Source of the DNA: Eledone cirrhosa
Taxonomy: Eukaryota
Direction: 5' to 3'
Length of the DNA stretch: 64,000 nt
NCBI GenBank assembly: GCA_964016885.1
Contig: OZ024741.1
Location: 228,656,001 to 228,720,000, forward strand
Part shown: piece by piece, positions 28,368-43,054 of the stretch
How positions within the stretch are numbered: the first letter of the stretch is position 1
How the letters are laid out: the number at the start of each line of letters is the position of its first letter
Made by a program: the position numbers and the translations under genes
Notes under the pieces: generated by a model
Database searches by the model: none
What the model saw: only the letters and a program-made list of their open reading frames with translations
What the model was told of the DNA's origin: nothing

Positions 28368-29383
28368 GTAATTCTGGAGTTTAATATTCCTCCGCTTTTT
28401 TTATTTGATATTGAGCTGTTTCACATTTTGAGCTCGTCGAATAAGTTTCTCAACAATAAAATCGAAAGATCAATTGATTGTAACCATAGACTCAAAGAAA
28501 GGTTTTCGCACTACAAGTGCAAATCTAATCCTTAACCTCTTACTACCAACTGACAAACTGCATATACTTAGACTTTATACCCTCTTATTGTATCTAAACC
28601 CTTTTAATTACCCACAAAAACCAATACCTATATCCCTCCCTTCTCCTTCAATCCTCTTCTATTTCTTCGTTTTCTTCCTTCCTTCCCTTCCCTTTTTGGC
28701 TATCTTTTCTTTTCTTCTTTCTCCCCTTCTTTGCTTTTATTTTTGTCATTATTTTATATATATCTTTATTTTTTATATATATATTTATCTCTTTATATCC
28801 CCCCCCCTCTCTCTCTCCATCCCTCCCACTATGATCAATTTAATTCTCTTTAACTCACTACATTTGACGACATGAATTCTACATATCAAAACTGATCAAG
28901 GAATCCTTCCACCTTTACCCCTCCCTCCATCTCAGTTTGTCACTCTACTTCCTAACTCTTCTCCCCTTCTTCTCTCTCTATACTATTCCGTTTGTCCCCT
29001 CACCTTCTAATTCCTCTTCCTCTCTCTCTATACTAGTAAATACAATTTAAAAAAAAATGTTTTTCTCTATATATTAAGAACTATTTCAAGAGTAACTTAC
29101 TCACTATTTTGAAAATTTGGACGTGAACAACAATTATATTTGAGTGGCTGCTATTTGCAGTATAGCAATATAAGGTTGCACTTACCAATGAAACGGTCGT
29201 AAATACCTGGATAAAATCCTTCTCTTAATGCTTACCTGTGTTTTCTCTTTTATACTTTGTACTTCAAGATTGAACGGATTTCTTACAAACGTGTGGAGTT
29301 ACCCATAACCGTACGTTAAAACCGTCCATGAAACTGGCTTTCTTAACCACGAACTGGATCACAATAAGCAATTTTCTGCTTCC

Positions 29384-29445
<62 letters not shown>

Positions 29446-29665
29446 CCACACACATACACATATACACAAAAATATAAAATAAACATACGTACACATCCAC
29501 ATACACATGCGTGCAAAAATACATATACACATACATATACACACGCAAACACACGTATATATAAACATGGCTACAACCAAATATACACACACATCCACAT
29601 ACATACACATAAAACCCTACAATAAAGAGCATTGGTTCATAACCTACGTACATAGGTATACAAAT
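26988..29665. repeat. ~2.68-kb near-perfect palindrome centred on (TA)n
   Basis: Mirror coordinates sum to 56653 (ORFs 27778-28179 and 28474-28875, and 27043-27294 and 29359-29610, are identical pairs). Confidence 0.95.
29105..29205 (+). ncRNA. Hammerhead with U3-A8 core variant (mirror at 27448-27548, minus strand)
   Basis: UAUU-UUGAAAA-UUUGG...CCAAU-GAAA-CGGUCG-UA-AAUA. Confidence 0.6.
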
Positions 29666-29872
29666 GCGTGCGCGCTCTGGCTCGTAATAAGAAATCAACA
29701 CACGCATACAAAAAACCATACGTAAATCCATACACGCAAAAAACCCATATATACAAAAGCATGTATACAACCGCATACACACGAAAAATATACGGAAACA
29801 CATACATATAACCATATAAAAATATAAAATAAACATAAACACACATAATTAGATATACACAAACACATACAC

Positions 29873-30097
<225 letters not shown>

Positions 30098-30619
30098 CAT
30101 ACACATAAACACACATATAAATAAACACGCACGCATACATACACACACATATACACACACACATACAACTAAATAAACAAAATACTATAAATGTACACAT
30201 AAGCCTGTCTGCATATGTGAGTACATTAAAAAACCTAGTGGGTAAGTAAGGACAAAAGGGGAGTAAAATTGAAATTAAATAATAAACACAATTATTAAGG
30301 ACAGGTAAGGGAAAAAAATGTAAAAGGTTTGTGATGAGATCTAGATAAGAGTATCTGGTTAAAAGTGAACTGAGTAAAGGGTAAAGGTGGTGGGTGTGTA
30401 TGTTTAAAAGGTAAGGTAGAAAGTAGGGGGGATTATAAATAAACTGAAAAAAAATTGATAAAAATAAAAGGAAAAATATAAAAATAAAGAGATATATAGA
30501 AGATGAGGGAGAAAAAGTATATATGGGTAGGAAGTATAAGTTCATAATGTAATAACATTCGTGATGAGTGGAAGGCGTGATGAGGAAGCTCAAGGTGGTG
30601 GAGTAATCGTAGGAATGTC

Positions 30620-31090
30620 AATCCAGTTAAAAAGTAGGTGCGCTTTCAGATGCGGACAACATCTGAAGATCTCGGTCTTAGAGATGAGGCAAGTGGAAGG
30701 GGCTTTCAAATTTTTGGAGAATTATAAATTTTTCCGTGGTGCACAAAGAACATTTCTTTGTGCCCCTTTGGTATTCTCTTGAATGGTCTAAGATAGACCA
30801 ATCAAGCGTGTACGGAATGTTTTTGTCTTTGAACTCCCACACTTTATTTGCAAGCGCCGTTGCTGTTCTTTTTTCAGGGTGTTTGAAAGAAGACATGTGC
30901 ATAATACCTGGTTCTGAATCTGTCCTGAGTCATGGCAACATATCGTTCACTCCTGTCTGGCTGGTTATTAATCATCGGTGTCAATCAATTTGGCCTCATA
31001 CACAATGGATTTGGTATTACATTTACCCTCTAACGGGCATTCTTCTGGCTTCCTGCAACTGATCCTGGATTTACTCCCGTACGATTAGAG
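30620..31090 (-). mobile_element. PLE (Naiad-like) GIY-YIG fragment
   Basis: CRKPEECPLEGKC..SIVY, HMSSF, TALANKVW, CSLCTTEK. Confidence 0.85.
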
Positions 31091-31115
31091 TTGGTAATTT
31101 TATACAAATGCATTC

Positions 31116-31262
31116 ATAATTGTTTCTACGTTAGGCACAAGGCCAGCAATTACCCAGTGCATTACTGGTATTCTATTTTATCGACCCCGTAAGGATGAAA
31201 GGCAAAGTCAACCTCGTCGGGATTTGAACTCAATTCGTAAAGGGACGTAACTATGCTGGAAA
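31116..31262 (-). mobile_element. tRNA-SINE, 5'-truncated (copy 6)
   Basis: Matches family consensus. Confidence 0.85.
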
Positions 31263-31845
31263 AATGTATTCATAGTAGCGTCGTGTCAGTACATTTTATA
31301 TTAAATTCTGGTCGTAAACCTTGTACCGAACATGTTAATTGAACTACCCTGCCTATTCACACCCAGATAAATATATATATATCTTCTTTCTTTTTCATCT
31401 AATGCATAATTTTAAGACGCACCTAACAAAATATAAAAACCAGGTTGTACGTTGCTCGGTATGGGTGCACAGTGTTATGTGTGCGTTGGCGCGGAAATAA
31501 GTGTGTTAATATATGTGTATGTGTGTACAGTAGTGAGTATGAACGTATGTTTGAATAGGAGCGGTGTGGTGGATAGATGTTCACGCCGATTTAAAAGAAT
31601 GTCAGTGTCGAAGTATTTACGATTCAGAAAGCTCCATTTCAATTGATAAAATCCCGTAAAGTGACTATAATTACCTGCACCGTTCATGCAGAACTGAGCT
31701 AGCAGGAAACGAAAGCGCTCTGTGAAAGTTGTTTTTTATTTTATTTTATATAGACATATAAATACATACATACGGACAGACATATATGAGGGAAGTGGGT
31801 TAGTGTGTGTGCGTGTATAAGTACATATTTATATATACAGATACG

Positions 31846-32609
<764 letters not shown>

Positions 32610-32610
<1 letters not shown>

Positions 32611-32857
32611 ATGAAAAATGAAAAATGAAAAATGAAAAATGAAAAATGAAAAATGAAAAATGAAAAATGAAAAATGAAAAATGAAAAATGAAAAATGAAA
32701 AATGAAAAATGAAAAATGAAAAATGAAAAATGAAAAATGAAAAATGAAAAATGAAAAATGAAAAATGAAAAATGAAAAATGAAAAATGAAAAATGAAAAA
32801 TGAAAAATGAAAAATGAAAAATGAAAAATGAAAAATGAAAAATGAAAAATGAAAAAT
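32610..32857. repeat. Perfect (ATGAAAA)n heptamer array, ~35 units
   Basis: Direct reading. Confidence 0.95.
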
Positions 32858-32884
32858 GGCGACCTGTGTTGTTGCAAATAAGAT

Positions 32885-33663
32885 ATATATAATAAATGAA
32901 GAATTAGGAATAGAAGCCAGGAATAGCCGTCATCAGTGGTCTACTAGCCATCATAGATATTTCTTCGCATTACAGACCATATACCTCAAGCTAGGGCGAT
33001 ACAATAACTAAATTAAGTTATTGGGATAAAAAGAGTTGGGTGGAGAAATAGAGACAGGTAAACAAACACGAATGGTGAGGCAACTTAAAGAGAGGAAAAA
33101 ATGAGAAAATCAAGTCAATAATTCATGTTGAACATAAGAACTTGCGAATATTGACGAGAAGGCAAAGACACATCGTGGCCGTGCGGATGTGAGCGAGGAA
33201 AGAATCTCGTACGGTGTGGAACGATGGAGGAGGTGAGAGATGGGGTGAGTAGCAGAGAGTGAGTGAGTGAAAGTGTGAGGAAGAGGCTAGCCGAGAGAGG
33301 ATGACTAGCAGAGGGGGTGAATGAAAGTAAGAGGGAGAAGGAGAGAGAAAGAGGATAACAGTAAGGGAAGAGAAAAAGACAGGTCACAGCGAAGGGTATC
33401 TCGTCAATATTCGCAAGTTCTTATGTTCAAAATGAATTATTGACTTGATTTTCTCATTTTTTCCTCTCTTTACGTTACCTCACCATTCGTGTTTGTTTAC
33501 CTGTCTCTCTTTCTCCACCCAACTCTTTTTATCCCAATAACTTAATTTAGTTATTGTATCGCCCTAGCTTGAGGTAATGGTCTGTAATGCGAAGAAATAC
33601 CTATGATGGCTAGTAGACCACTGATGACGGATATTCCCTGGCTTCTATTTCTAGTTCTTCATT

Positions 33664-33670
<7 letters not shown>
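32885..33670. repeat. TA-flanked fold-back element with ~270-bp arms
   Basis: 32885-33152 is inverted at 33403-33670. Confidence 0.9.
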
Positions 33671-33708
<38 letters not shown>

Positions 33709-33831
33709 GGAGGTGAGTTTTATTGTAGTACAATAAAGCAATGCAGATATCGGATAAGAAGCACTCTACAGTTTGTGGGACTGGAGTATGCATAATATAA
33801 GATCAAAAGATGGTTAAAGGAGTTCCATATA

Positions 33832-33898
33832 TTTTATTATGCGCATTTCAAAAACAAACATCATCAAGCAATAATATTTGTGTTTTCATCAGATAAAA
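33832..33898 (-). ncRNA. Type I hammerhead ribozyme (left arm of fold-back 33795-34097)
   Basis: Mirror of 33993-34059. Confidence 0.85.
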
Positions 33899-33992
33899 CA
33901 GGAGAACATGATATGAAGGCTAAAAAAATATGTTGATTTAAAACTGCACTATCAACAAGTGTTTTTTTTAGCCTTCATATCATGTTCTCCTG

Positions 33993-34059
33993 TTTTATCT
34001 GATGAAAACACAAATATTATTGCTTGATGATGTTTGTTTTTGAAATGCGCATAATAAAA
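33993..34059 (+). ncRNA. Type I hammerhead ribozyme
   Basis: Stem I UUUUAU/AUAAAA, CUGAUGA, long stem II, GAAA, palindromic stem III AUGCGCAU, AUA triplet. Confidence 0.85.
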
Positions 34060-34089
34060 TATATGGAACTCCTTTAACCATCTTTTGAT

Positions 34090-34137
<48 letters not shown>

Positions 34138-34177
34138 TACAAATATTAATAAAATAGATGTTCTTTTTATCAATTAC

Positions 34178-34230
34178 ATTTTATTATACATATTTCGGAT
34201 GTACAACAGTACGTCCTCATCAGACAAAAT
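34178..34230 (-). ncRNA. Type I hammerhead ribozyme in pLTR fragment 34130-34345
   Basis: AUUUUGU-CUGAUGA-GGACGUAC/GUACAUCC-GAAA-UAUGUA-UA-AUAAAAU; flanks homologous to 24095-24300. Confidence 0.85.
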
Positions 34231-34636
34231 ATAATGATATATGACATACCCTGAGATGTTAATTGGTTAAGATTTAATCAAGGTAGTGATTAACCTCAGA
34301 GAAAGTTTAACATTTATACCCTAATAATGAGAAATGCGAAAACGTTTCGCGTCACTTCCATTGGATATCAAATATAGCAAGTTAAAGGAAGAAATTCTGC
34401 AAGTCACCTGCCTCTCCGCCTCCGTTTCATCAGTGAGTGGTTGTTATAGTAGTAGTGACAGTATAGTCGCTGGCCACACTACCACACTATTAAGGTTGTG
34501 TGTCGAAATAGCTCTGAAAGAGGGGTTGGAATATTATAACTAAAAATATATATTGAATTGTGGATTAAATTGAATTAAGAGGATGTAGTTAAAATAGATA
34601 ACGTTATAGCTTAACAAGAATAAAAAGTAATCATTA

Positions 34637-34829
34637 TAATTGTTTCTACTTTTGACACAAGGCCAGCAATTATCCCAGTGCATTACTGGTAGTTTATTTT
34701 ATCGACCCCTGTAAGGATGAAAGACAAAGTGAACCTCGGCGGGATTTGAACTCACACCATAAAGGGGCATAACTCTATGCTGCAAAGCATGACGTCCGAC
34801 CTTCTACTGATACTGCCAATCCCCCGCCT
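34637..34829 (-). mobile_element. tRNA-SINE (copy 7)
   Basis: Matches consensus; head segment partly duplicated at 34833-34848. Confidence 0.85.
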
Positions 34830-34939
34830 TTATGCCAATCCACCGCCCTTTATAATGTTTAACTGGGCTGGAAAGTCAAGGCAGCCCTTTCCCATCTCTT
34901 GGTCTATGATCTACTGTAGCCCAATGGAGTCTTTTTATA

Positions 34940-35021
34940 CCATCTGACGAGCTCGGGTCGACTGAGTGGGTAGGAAGAGAACTACCTAGCCGTCGACTCC
35001 TGCGAAATATATATATAATGG
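34940..35021 (+). ncRNA. Type I hammerhead ribozyme
   Basis: Stem I CCAU/AUGG, CUGACGA, stem II GC..GGGUCGAC/GUCGACUC..GC, GAAA, stem III AUAUAUAUAU, AUA triplet. Confidence 0.85.
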
Positions 35022-35073
35022 AGATGAAAATATACCTACATACAACTGCATATGGCCTTAGGTGTATTTGATG

Positions 35074-35127
<54 letters not shown>

Positions 35128-35131
<4 letters not shown>

Positions 35132-35240
35132 TAAAATAACAGATTAAAGTTTAAGCAAAGAATCTACGGTTCTTATATATTTGATATATATTTTCCTTAA
35201 CGAGCCCTCTTTGGATTTTAGTCTTCAATTTTATTATTAT

Positions 35241-35245
<5 letters not shown>
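35128..35245. repeat. Short TA-flanked dispersed repeat (also 37608-37785 and 61898-62003)
   Basis: Shared ends TTATTAAAATAACAGATT and TAGTCTTCAAATTTATTATTATTACT. Confidence 0.8.
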
Positions 35246-35281
<36 letters not shown>

Positions 35282-35767
35282 TATAGATATAGATGTATAT
35301 ATATATATATATTATCTGACATTTTTGATTATTTCATACGAATGAAACAGTTCTATTCCTGTAGAAGTCCTTTATATATATATATATGTGTACGCATATA
35401 TTCATGAATATAAGAAAGGTCATTTACTCATCAACCTAACGTTATTTGAACAAGATTATGAAAAATACTTCTCACCACGATGTTTCACCCATCATGGCTC
35501 ACATTGATAACAACATTTGTAACATTAACACCAACAGTACTAACACATTTGTGTGCTATCTAAACCTGCGTATATACTGTGATAAAAGTGTAACACAAAG
35601 AAAAGAATCTCTGACACCATCACCGAGATTATCTCTATTACTAAATACTAAACAACAAAAATTACATTCGCCAGTTTCGACGATTTTTGGTATACAATTA
35701 TATCATCTCTACCACTCCCTTAGGCCCCAGCACCCCGTGAGTGGGAGCGCCCACTTTGAGAAACTCT

Positions 35768-35910
35768 GGGTCAACGGAACCGCCTATTCGTTGAATCAAC
35801 GTGTAAGTAGCTGAGTATTCTACAGACACGTGTACCCTTGACCTAATTCTCAAGCAAATCCAGCTTGATACAGAGTGTGATATGAATAGTCCTTTGAATT
35901 ACAAATACAC
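35768..35910 (+). mobile_element. Older dispersed repeat, probably a SINE body (also 55215-55345)
   Basis: TCAACGGAAC.GCCTA.TC.TT.AAT...CTTTGAATTACA shared by two diverged copies. Confidence 0.55.
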
Positions 35911-36667
35911 TTTGAATTACAAATAAACTTCATCCAATGTGGCCCCAAATAATTTTCGTTAAACAAAGCTTGGGACATCTTATAAAAATATCTGACTAAA
36001 ATTTACGGAGATTATTCATTCCAAATTATGAATGTAATAACTTCAAAATCTAGAATGAGAAACACTACCACTAACTCGATAACAACAATGAATCCCCATT
36101 ATCCATATATCACCCGAGAGAAAGCCTCTACGTGGTTGCTGGATCAGCTAAGAATAAAAGACAAATTTCCATTAAATTATGCCCCACTGTTTTTTTAAAA
36201 AAAGAAAGGTATATAATGCAACTTGAATTATATTATCATATATCTGAAATGAAGCCTTGTGTTCATAACTGGAACTCTTCAGATCATAAGTCTGCTTAAG
36301 CATAGCAAATTTTGAGGTAAACAACAAGACTGTTTCTAACCTACAAGTTGTATACCGGACAATGCAAGACACCAATGTCGCGGTAAAAAGAGAATAAATC
36401 GAAACAAAATGCATCATAACTAAATATAATCGAGGAGAATTAGGGTACTCATATCACAATAAAATATACATTATCAACCCCTGAAACTTTTACTACCGTG
36501 GAAAAGCTTCATGAAACTGAGAAAACCTCCATCTTTAACACACCAAAAACCAATTGGTCCAAGAATACTTTGTTGTCCATTGTTACAACCACCATTGCAA
36601 TCAAATGAGCACTACCATATAGGTATGCCACTGTGTGTCTGTATGGTGCATATGTGTATATGATATG

Positions 36668-36812
<145 letters not shown>

Positions 36813-37009
36813 CTTTAAAATATTTCGGCTCTGTAAATTACTTGTTATTTTACATTGAGCTATTCTCACACTTGTAATTGTATAATATTTAATATTACCC
36901 AGATTTTATATATATGTATATATATAGCTTTGCATAGAACTAAATGCCTGTTGAAAAAGTGATTTCCTTGTTCGATCATCATACCAAAAGCTTAACATTA
37001 TTTGTTTAA

Positions 37010-37197
37010 GGGCGGTGGATTGGCAGTATTGGTAGAGGGTCGGACGCCATGCTTTCCAGCATAGTTACGTCCCTTTACGATCTGAGTTCAAATCCCGCCG
37101 AGGTTGACTTTGCCTTTCATCCTTACGGGGTAGATAAAATAAAGTACCAGTAATGCACTGGGTAATTGCTGGCCTTGTGCCTAAAGTAGAAACAATT
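37010..37197 (+). mobile_element. tRNA-SINE (copy 8)
   Basis: Full length; TSD ATTATTTGTTTAAG. Confidence 0.9.
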
Positions 37198-37499
37198 ATT
37201 TGTTTAAGCTGAGAGTACCTGATTTAGGAGTTGCAGAAACCACTTATTGGATTTAACCACCATTTCCAGAGGTCCGGGTATAAGTTTCAATCATATTTTA
37301 TTATTTGTTTGAGCCAAATAGCTTGGTCGTTTCTATGGCTGTGCGGATAATGGTTTAACCATCGTCTCAGTGTATTTGGCCTTTTAACGTACGTTGTTGT
37401 TCTAGTTCACTAGCTTCTATGGAGCGCTTGCCACACATCTCGGAAGTTGTTTTTCGCTAATTTCCAATAGCCGAAATGCGATTCTCGCTAATTTATATT

Positions 37500-37533
<34 letters not shown>

Positions 37534-37554
37534 TTTATGTATATATATATACAT

Positions 37555-37612
<58 letters not shown>

Positions 37613-37782
37613 TAAAATAACAGATTATTTATTAAAATATATATATTAAAATATATTTATTAAAATAACAGAAATTTAATCTGTTATTTTAATAAATATT
37701 TGCTCTACGGTTCATATATATTTGATATATATTTATCCTTATCGAGCCCTCTTTGGATTTTAGTCTTCAAATTTATTATTAT

Positions 37783-37858
<76 letters not shown>

Positions 37859-37860
37859 CT

Positions 37861-38003
37861 ATGGTGGCTGCCAACTCGTTATCGAGAACGGCCACTTCCT
37901 TATATCCATGTAGGAGAACCCCTACCGATGCGCTGAACGCGTGTGACTTTTTAGTCCCGCCAGCGACTTGAATACCCTGGTACCAACAATACACTTGTGA
38001 CAA
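37861..38003 (-). mobile_element. RTE-derived non-autonomous element, 3' fragment
   Basis: Homologous to 44488-44630; encodes [23 protein letters not shown] zinc-finger remnant. Confidence 0.85.
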
Positions 38004-38036
<33 letters not shown>

Positions 38037-38042
38037 CATACA

Positions 38043-38127
<85 letters not shown>

Positions 38128-38156
38128 ATATACATACATATATATATACATACATT

Positions 38157-38189
<33 letters not shown>

Positions 38190-38235
38190 ATATTCATACA
38201 TATATATATATAAATATGTATATATATATATACAA

Positions 38236-38314
<79 letters not shown>

Positions 38315-38435
38315 CATATATATATATACATATATATAATATACATATAAATATGTCTATATATATATATATATTGACATATATATAATATTCATATATA
38401 TATACATATATATATACATACATATATATATATAT

Positions 38436-38502
<67 letters not shown>

Positions 38503-38505
38503 TAT

Positions 38506-38552
<47 letters not shown>

Positions 38553-38558
38553 CATAAA

Positions 38559-38590
<32 letters not shown>

Positions 38591-38674
38591 CATGCATATA
38601 TATATATATATATATACATACATATATATATATACATACATATATATATATACATATATATATAATATACATAC

Positions 38675-38711
<37 letters not shown>

Positions 38712-38800
38712 CATACATATATATATATATACATATATATATACACATACATATATATATACATACATATATATATACATACATATATATATACATACAT

Positions 38801-39160
38801 ATGGTGGCTGCCAACACGTTTTCGAGTACGACCACTACTCTATATCCATGTAGGAGAACCCCTACCGATGCGCTGAACGAGTGTGACTTTTTAATCCAGC
38901 CAGCGACTTGAAAACTCTGGTACAAACATTACACTTGTGACAATTATTGACACATAGTGCTGGGCCCATGGTACCATGTGATGACAAGTGCAGAGAGATC
39001 TCCAGATATAAAGCAATGCCTGTGCCGTGAAGCTTTTATAGTGAGCAAAAGCACTGCACAAAGCCAGTCCCACTCTCGTAACCAAGATGATATTTACCAA
39101 AAAGAACCAGTCAACATCATTGGATACCATCAGAGTTGCAGGTGTTATAACAGAGTTTTT
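38801..39160 (-). mobile_element. RTE-derived non-autonomous element, 5'-truncated
   Basis: Homologous to 44488-44850. Confidence 0.88.
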
Positions 39161-39234
39161 CTATGTATGCTGGTTTTCCTGTATAGGTATGTGTATACAT
39201 ACAAACATATATATATATACATACATATATATAG

Positions 39235-39319
<85 letters not shown>

Positions 39320-39694
39320 CATATATACATGCATACATATATATATATACATACACATATATATATGTACATACATATATATATATACATACACATATAT
39401 ATATGTACATACATATATATATATATAAACGGAAAAAATGAAACGAAATTTCATTTCTCACTCTTAGTACGGCTGTTACTTAAATATAAGTATGTATGCG
39501 TACATACATATATGTATACAGACGTACAGTAGTATGTATATATATATACATACATGCACACATATATATATGTACGTATGGATTCACCGAACATTTATTA
39601 TAATGCTTGGTGTGTTTGTAAACAAACATCCTTAATTAAGCCGTACAGTGTCTAGCAACCATCGTTGCTCATTTGTTCAACACTGACAAAGGAA

Positions 39695-39735
39695 CGCTGT
39701 ACTAGTTTCAAGCTTATTAGCTATCGTCAGCAACG
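39695..39735 (-). ncRNA. Minimal type I hammerhead ribozyme
   Basis: Mirror of 40630-40670. Confidence 0.85.
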
Positions 39736-40629
39736 TATACCTTCCTGCCAGATGATTGAACGTCTGAAAGTATATACTTTCCTTATGCATATTAACGGTA
39801 GAGTAGCCTAATTTGCATATCGAGTGAGTTAATCGGCCGGGCGCACCGAAAACGATAAACGGAAAAAATGAAACGAAATTTCATGTCTCACTCTTAGAAC
39901 GGCTGATACTTAAATATAAATATGTAAACGTACATACATATATGTATACAGACGTACAGTAGTATGTATATATATACGTACATGCACACATATATATATA
40001 TGTACGTAAGGATTCACCGAACATTTATTATAATGCTCGGTATGTTTGTAAACAAACATCCCGAATTAAGCCGTAAAGTGTCTAGCAACCATGGTTGCTC
40101 ATTTGTTCAACACTGACAAATTAGGCTGCTCAGCCGTTAATATGCATAAGGAAAGTATATACTTTCATACTTTCAATCATCTAGCAGGATGCTAGACGAT
40201 AGCTAATAAGATAGCTAATAAGATTGAAACAAGTACAGCGTTCCTTTGTCAGTGTTGAACAAACGAGCAACGATGGTTGCTAGACACCAGGGCTTAATAC
40301 GGGATGTTTGTTTACAAACACACCGAGCATTATAATAAATGTTCGGTGAATCCATACGTACATATATGTATGTGTGCATGTATGTATATATATATATACA
40401 CACTACTGTACGTAGGTATACATATATATATGTACGTGTACATACTTATATTTAAGTAATAGCCGTACTAAAAGTGAGAAATGAAATTTCGTTTCATTTT
40501 TTCCGTTTAACGCATTCGGTGCGCCCGGCGGATTAACTCACCCGATATGCAAATTAGGCTGCTCAGCCGTTAATATGCATAAGGAAAGTATATACTTTCA
40601 GACGTTCAATCATCTGGCAGGAAGGTATA

Positions 40630-40670
40630 CGTTGCTGACGATAGCTAATAAGCTTGAAACTAGTACAGCG
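40630..40670 (+). ncRNA. Minimal type I hammerhead ribozyme
   Basis: CGUUG-CUGACGA-UAGCU/AGCUU-GAAA-CUAG-UA-CAGCG with ACUAGU palindrome; damaged copy at 40190-40240. Confidence 0.85.
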
Positions 40671-41336
40671 TTCCTTTGTCAGTGTTGAACAAATGAGCAA
40701 TGATGGTTGCTATACCCTGTACGGCTTAATTCGGGATGTTGGTTTACAAACACAGTGAGCATTATCATAAATGTTCAGTGAATCCATACGTACATATATA
40801 TATATGTGCATGTATGTATATATATACATACTACTATACGTCTGTATACATATATGTATGTACGTATACATGCTTATATATATATATTTTTTTATCTTTA
40901 TTATTTCCACTTTTATCCTCCATTATATTTTACCTTATTCTTACTTTTATACCTTATTATAGTGTAATCTTCCCCATGCCTTATTATACACTATTAATTA
41001 TAGATTTTTATTATTACTCTTTTTCCATTTCTAATTACCTCATGTACTTTCTCCTCCGCTATATATATATATATATATATTGTATGCCCTTTGTGTTTGT
41101 GTAGCCTCTGCACACCCTCTGCACCATACTATCGACGCCACCCCATCTATGGTTCAGCTAACCACCCGACTCCCGGGAACGAATATGACCGCAGCTAGTA
41201 AACAAGGACCTACACCCCAGCCTCCCGCACCAAAATTAGACTTATCGTCCCCTACTTTTGCTCTTTAGTCTCTTTACTCTTTGTTCTTGAATGTTTGGTT
41301 AGTAGAGTCCATAACACCAATCAAACCCCTTTTATA

Positions 41337-41381
41337 GCTCTGACGAATCCTACGGTTACGTAAGGAAGAAACATTGTAAGC
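41337..41381 (+). ncRNA. Minimal type I hammerhead ribozyme
   Basis: GCU-CUGACGA-(A)UCCUACG/CGUA.GGA(A)-GAAA-CAUUG-UA-AGC. Confidence 0.75.
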
Positions 41382-41471
41382 CAATAAAAATCTTTTGATG
41401 TTGTAGACGCTCTTGTGTTCTTTTTCATATATATATATATATACATGTATATATATATATATATATACATA

Positions 41472-42080
41472 TATGGTGGCTGCCAACTCGTTTTCGAGTA
41501 CGGCCACTAATATATATCCATGTAGGAGAACCCCTACTGATGCGCTGAACGAGTGTGACTTTTTAGTCCAGCCAGCGACTTGAAAACTCTGGTACAAACA
41601 CTACACTTGTGACAATTACTGACACATATTGCTGGGCCCATTGTACCCTCTGATGACAAGTGCAGAGAGATCTCCAGATATAAAGCAATGCCTGTGCCGT
41701 GAAGCATTTATAGTTAGCAAAGGCACTGCACAAAGCCAGTCCCACTCTCTTAACCAAGATGATATTTACCAAAAAGAAGAACAAGTCAACATCATTGGAT
41801 ACCATCAGGGTTTCAGGTGCTATATCAGAGTTTTCCTTCTCCTAGAATTATGCCTTGACAAAGGCTAAGGCGTCATCTCTCCCGGTCATTTTGGATAGCC
41901 ATTGACTCTTAAGAGCTCCTTTGCCCTTTGACAGGTTTTGTTTTTAGTCTTGCAGGATGTCCAAAAGTCACCCTCCTCACCAAGAAACCTTGGTGGGGTT
42001 GCCAGTTTAGTCGCTAACGACCCGACCATGAGACAGGTTGTACTGGGATACATGTTACCAGTAGCACCAACTGGTGACCT
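41472..42080 (-). mobile_element. Full-length bipartite RTE-derived non-autonomous element (~610 bp)
   Basis: 5' part matches the RTE 5' end (3125-3213); 3' part resembles the RTE 3' end (~751-850). Confidence 0.85.
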
Positions 42081-42212
42081 GTATACATATATATATATAT
42101 ATATACATATATATATACATACATATATATATATATATATACATACATATATATATATACATACATACACATATATATATATATATACATACATATATAT
42201 ATATACATACAT

Positions 42213-42259
<47 letters not shown>

Positions 42260-42406
42260 CATACATATATATATATACATATATATACATACACATACAT
42301 ATATATATACATATATGTATATACATACATATATATATATAAATACATACATATATATATATATACATACATATATATATATTTACATATATATACATAC
42401 ACATAC

Positions 42407-42437
<31 letters not shown>

Positions 42438-42560
42438 CATACATATATATATATAAATACATACAAATATATATACATACATATATATATATATATATAC
42501 ATATATATATACATACATATATATATATATATATACATACATATATATATATACATACAT

Positions 42561-42607
<47 letters not shown>

Positions 42608-42752
42608 CATATATATATATATATACATATATATACATACACATACATATATATATACATATATGTATATACATACATATATATATATAAATACATACAT
42701 ATATATATATATATACATATATATATATTTACATATATATACATACACATAC

Positions 42753-42785
<33 letters not shown>

Positions 42786-42971
42786 CATACATATATATAT
42801 ATATAAATACATACAAATATATATACATACATATATATATATAAACAAGGTTTAGCAAATAATGAAAAAGTTTCAAAATAAATTTTAAAAAATTGACTTT
42901 ACCTACTATAGTTAGGATAGCGCTAGTTCGTAATTTAAATTCAAGAATTTTATATTCTTCGAATGAAAAGA

Positions 42972-43054
42972 ACCTTCTGACGAGAATCTTTCTTTGCAAC
43001 GAAGGCCGTATGGTCTCCGTTTATTTTTGGGATTCGAAACCGATCGGTAAAGGT
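42972..43054 (+). ncRNA. Type I hammerhead ribozyme (unit 1)
   Basis: Stem I ACCUU/AAGGU, CUGACGA, stem II GAAUCUU/GGGAUUC, GAAA, palindromic stem III ACCGAUCGGU, GUA triplet. Confidence 0.92.

Larger units (their letters stand above)
39427..40880. mobile_element. Fold-back of tandem ~430-bp hammerhead-bearing units
   Basis: Direct repeat 39427 and 39858; inverted copies 40120-40880. Confidence 0.85.

Noticed and set aside
33620-33660. CUGAUGA in fold-back arms (also 48540 and 49244)
   Set aside because: No correctly placed GAAA or stem III; at most decayed remnants.
36478-36612. Possible Cys-rich host exon on the minus strand (CSFDCNGGCNNG...)
   Set aside because: Weak splice acceptor, no recognisable domain and no neighbouring exons.
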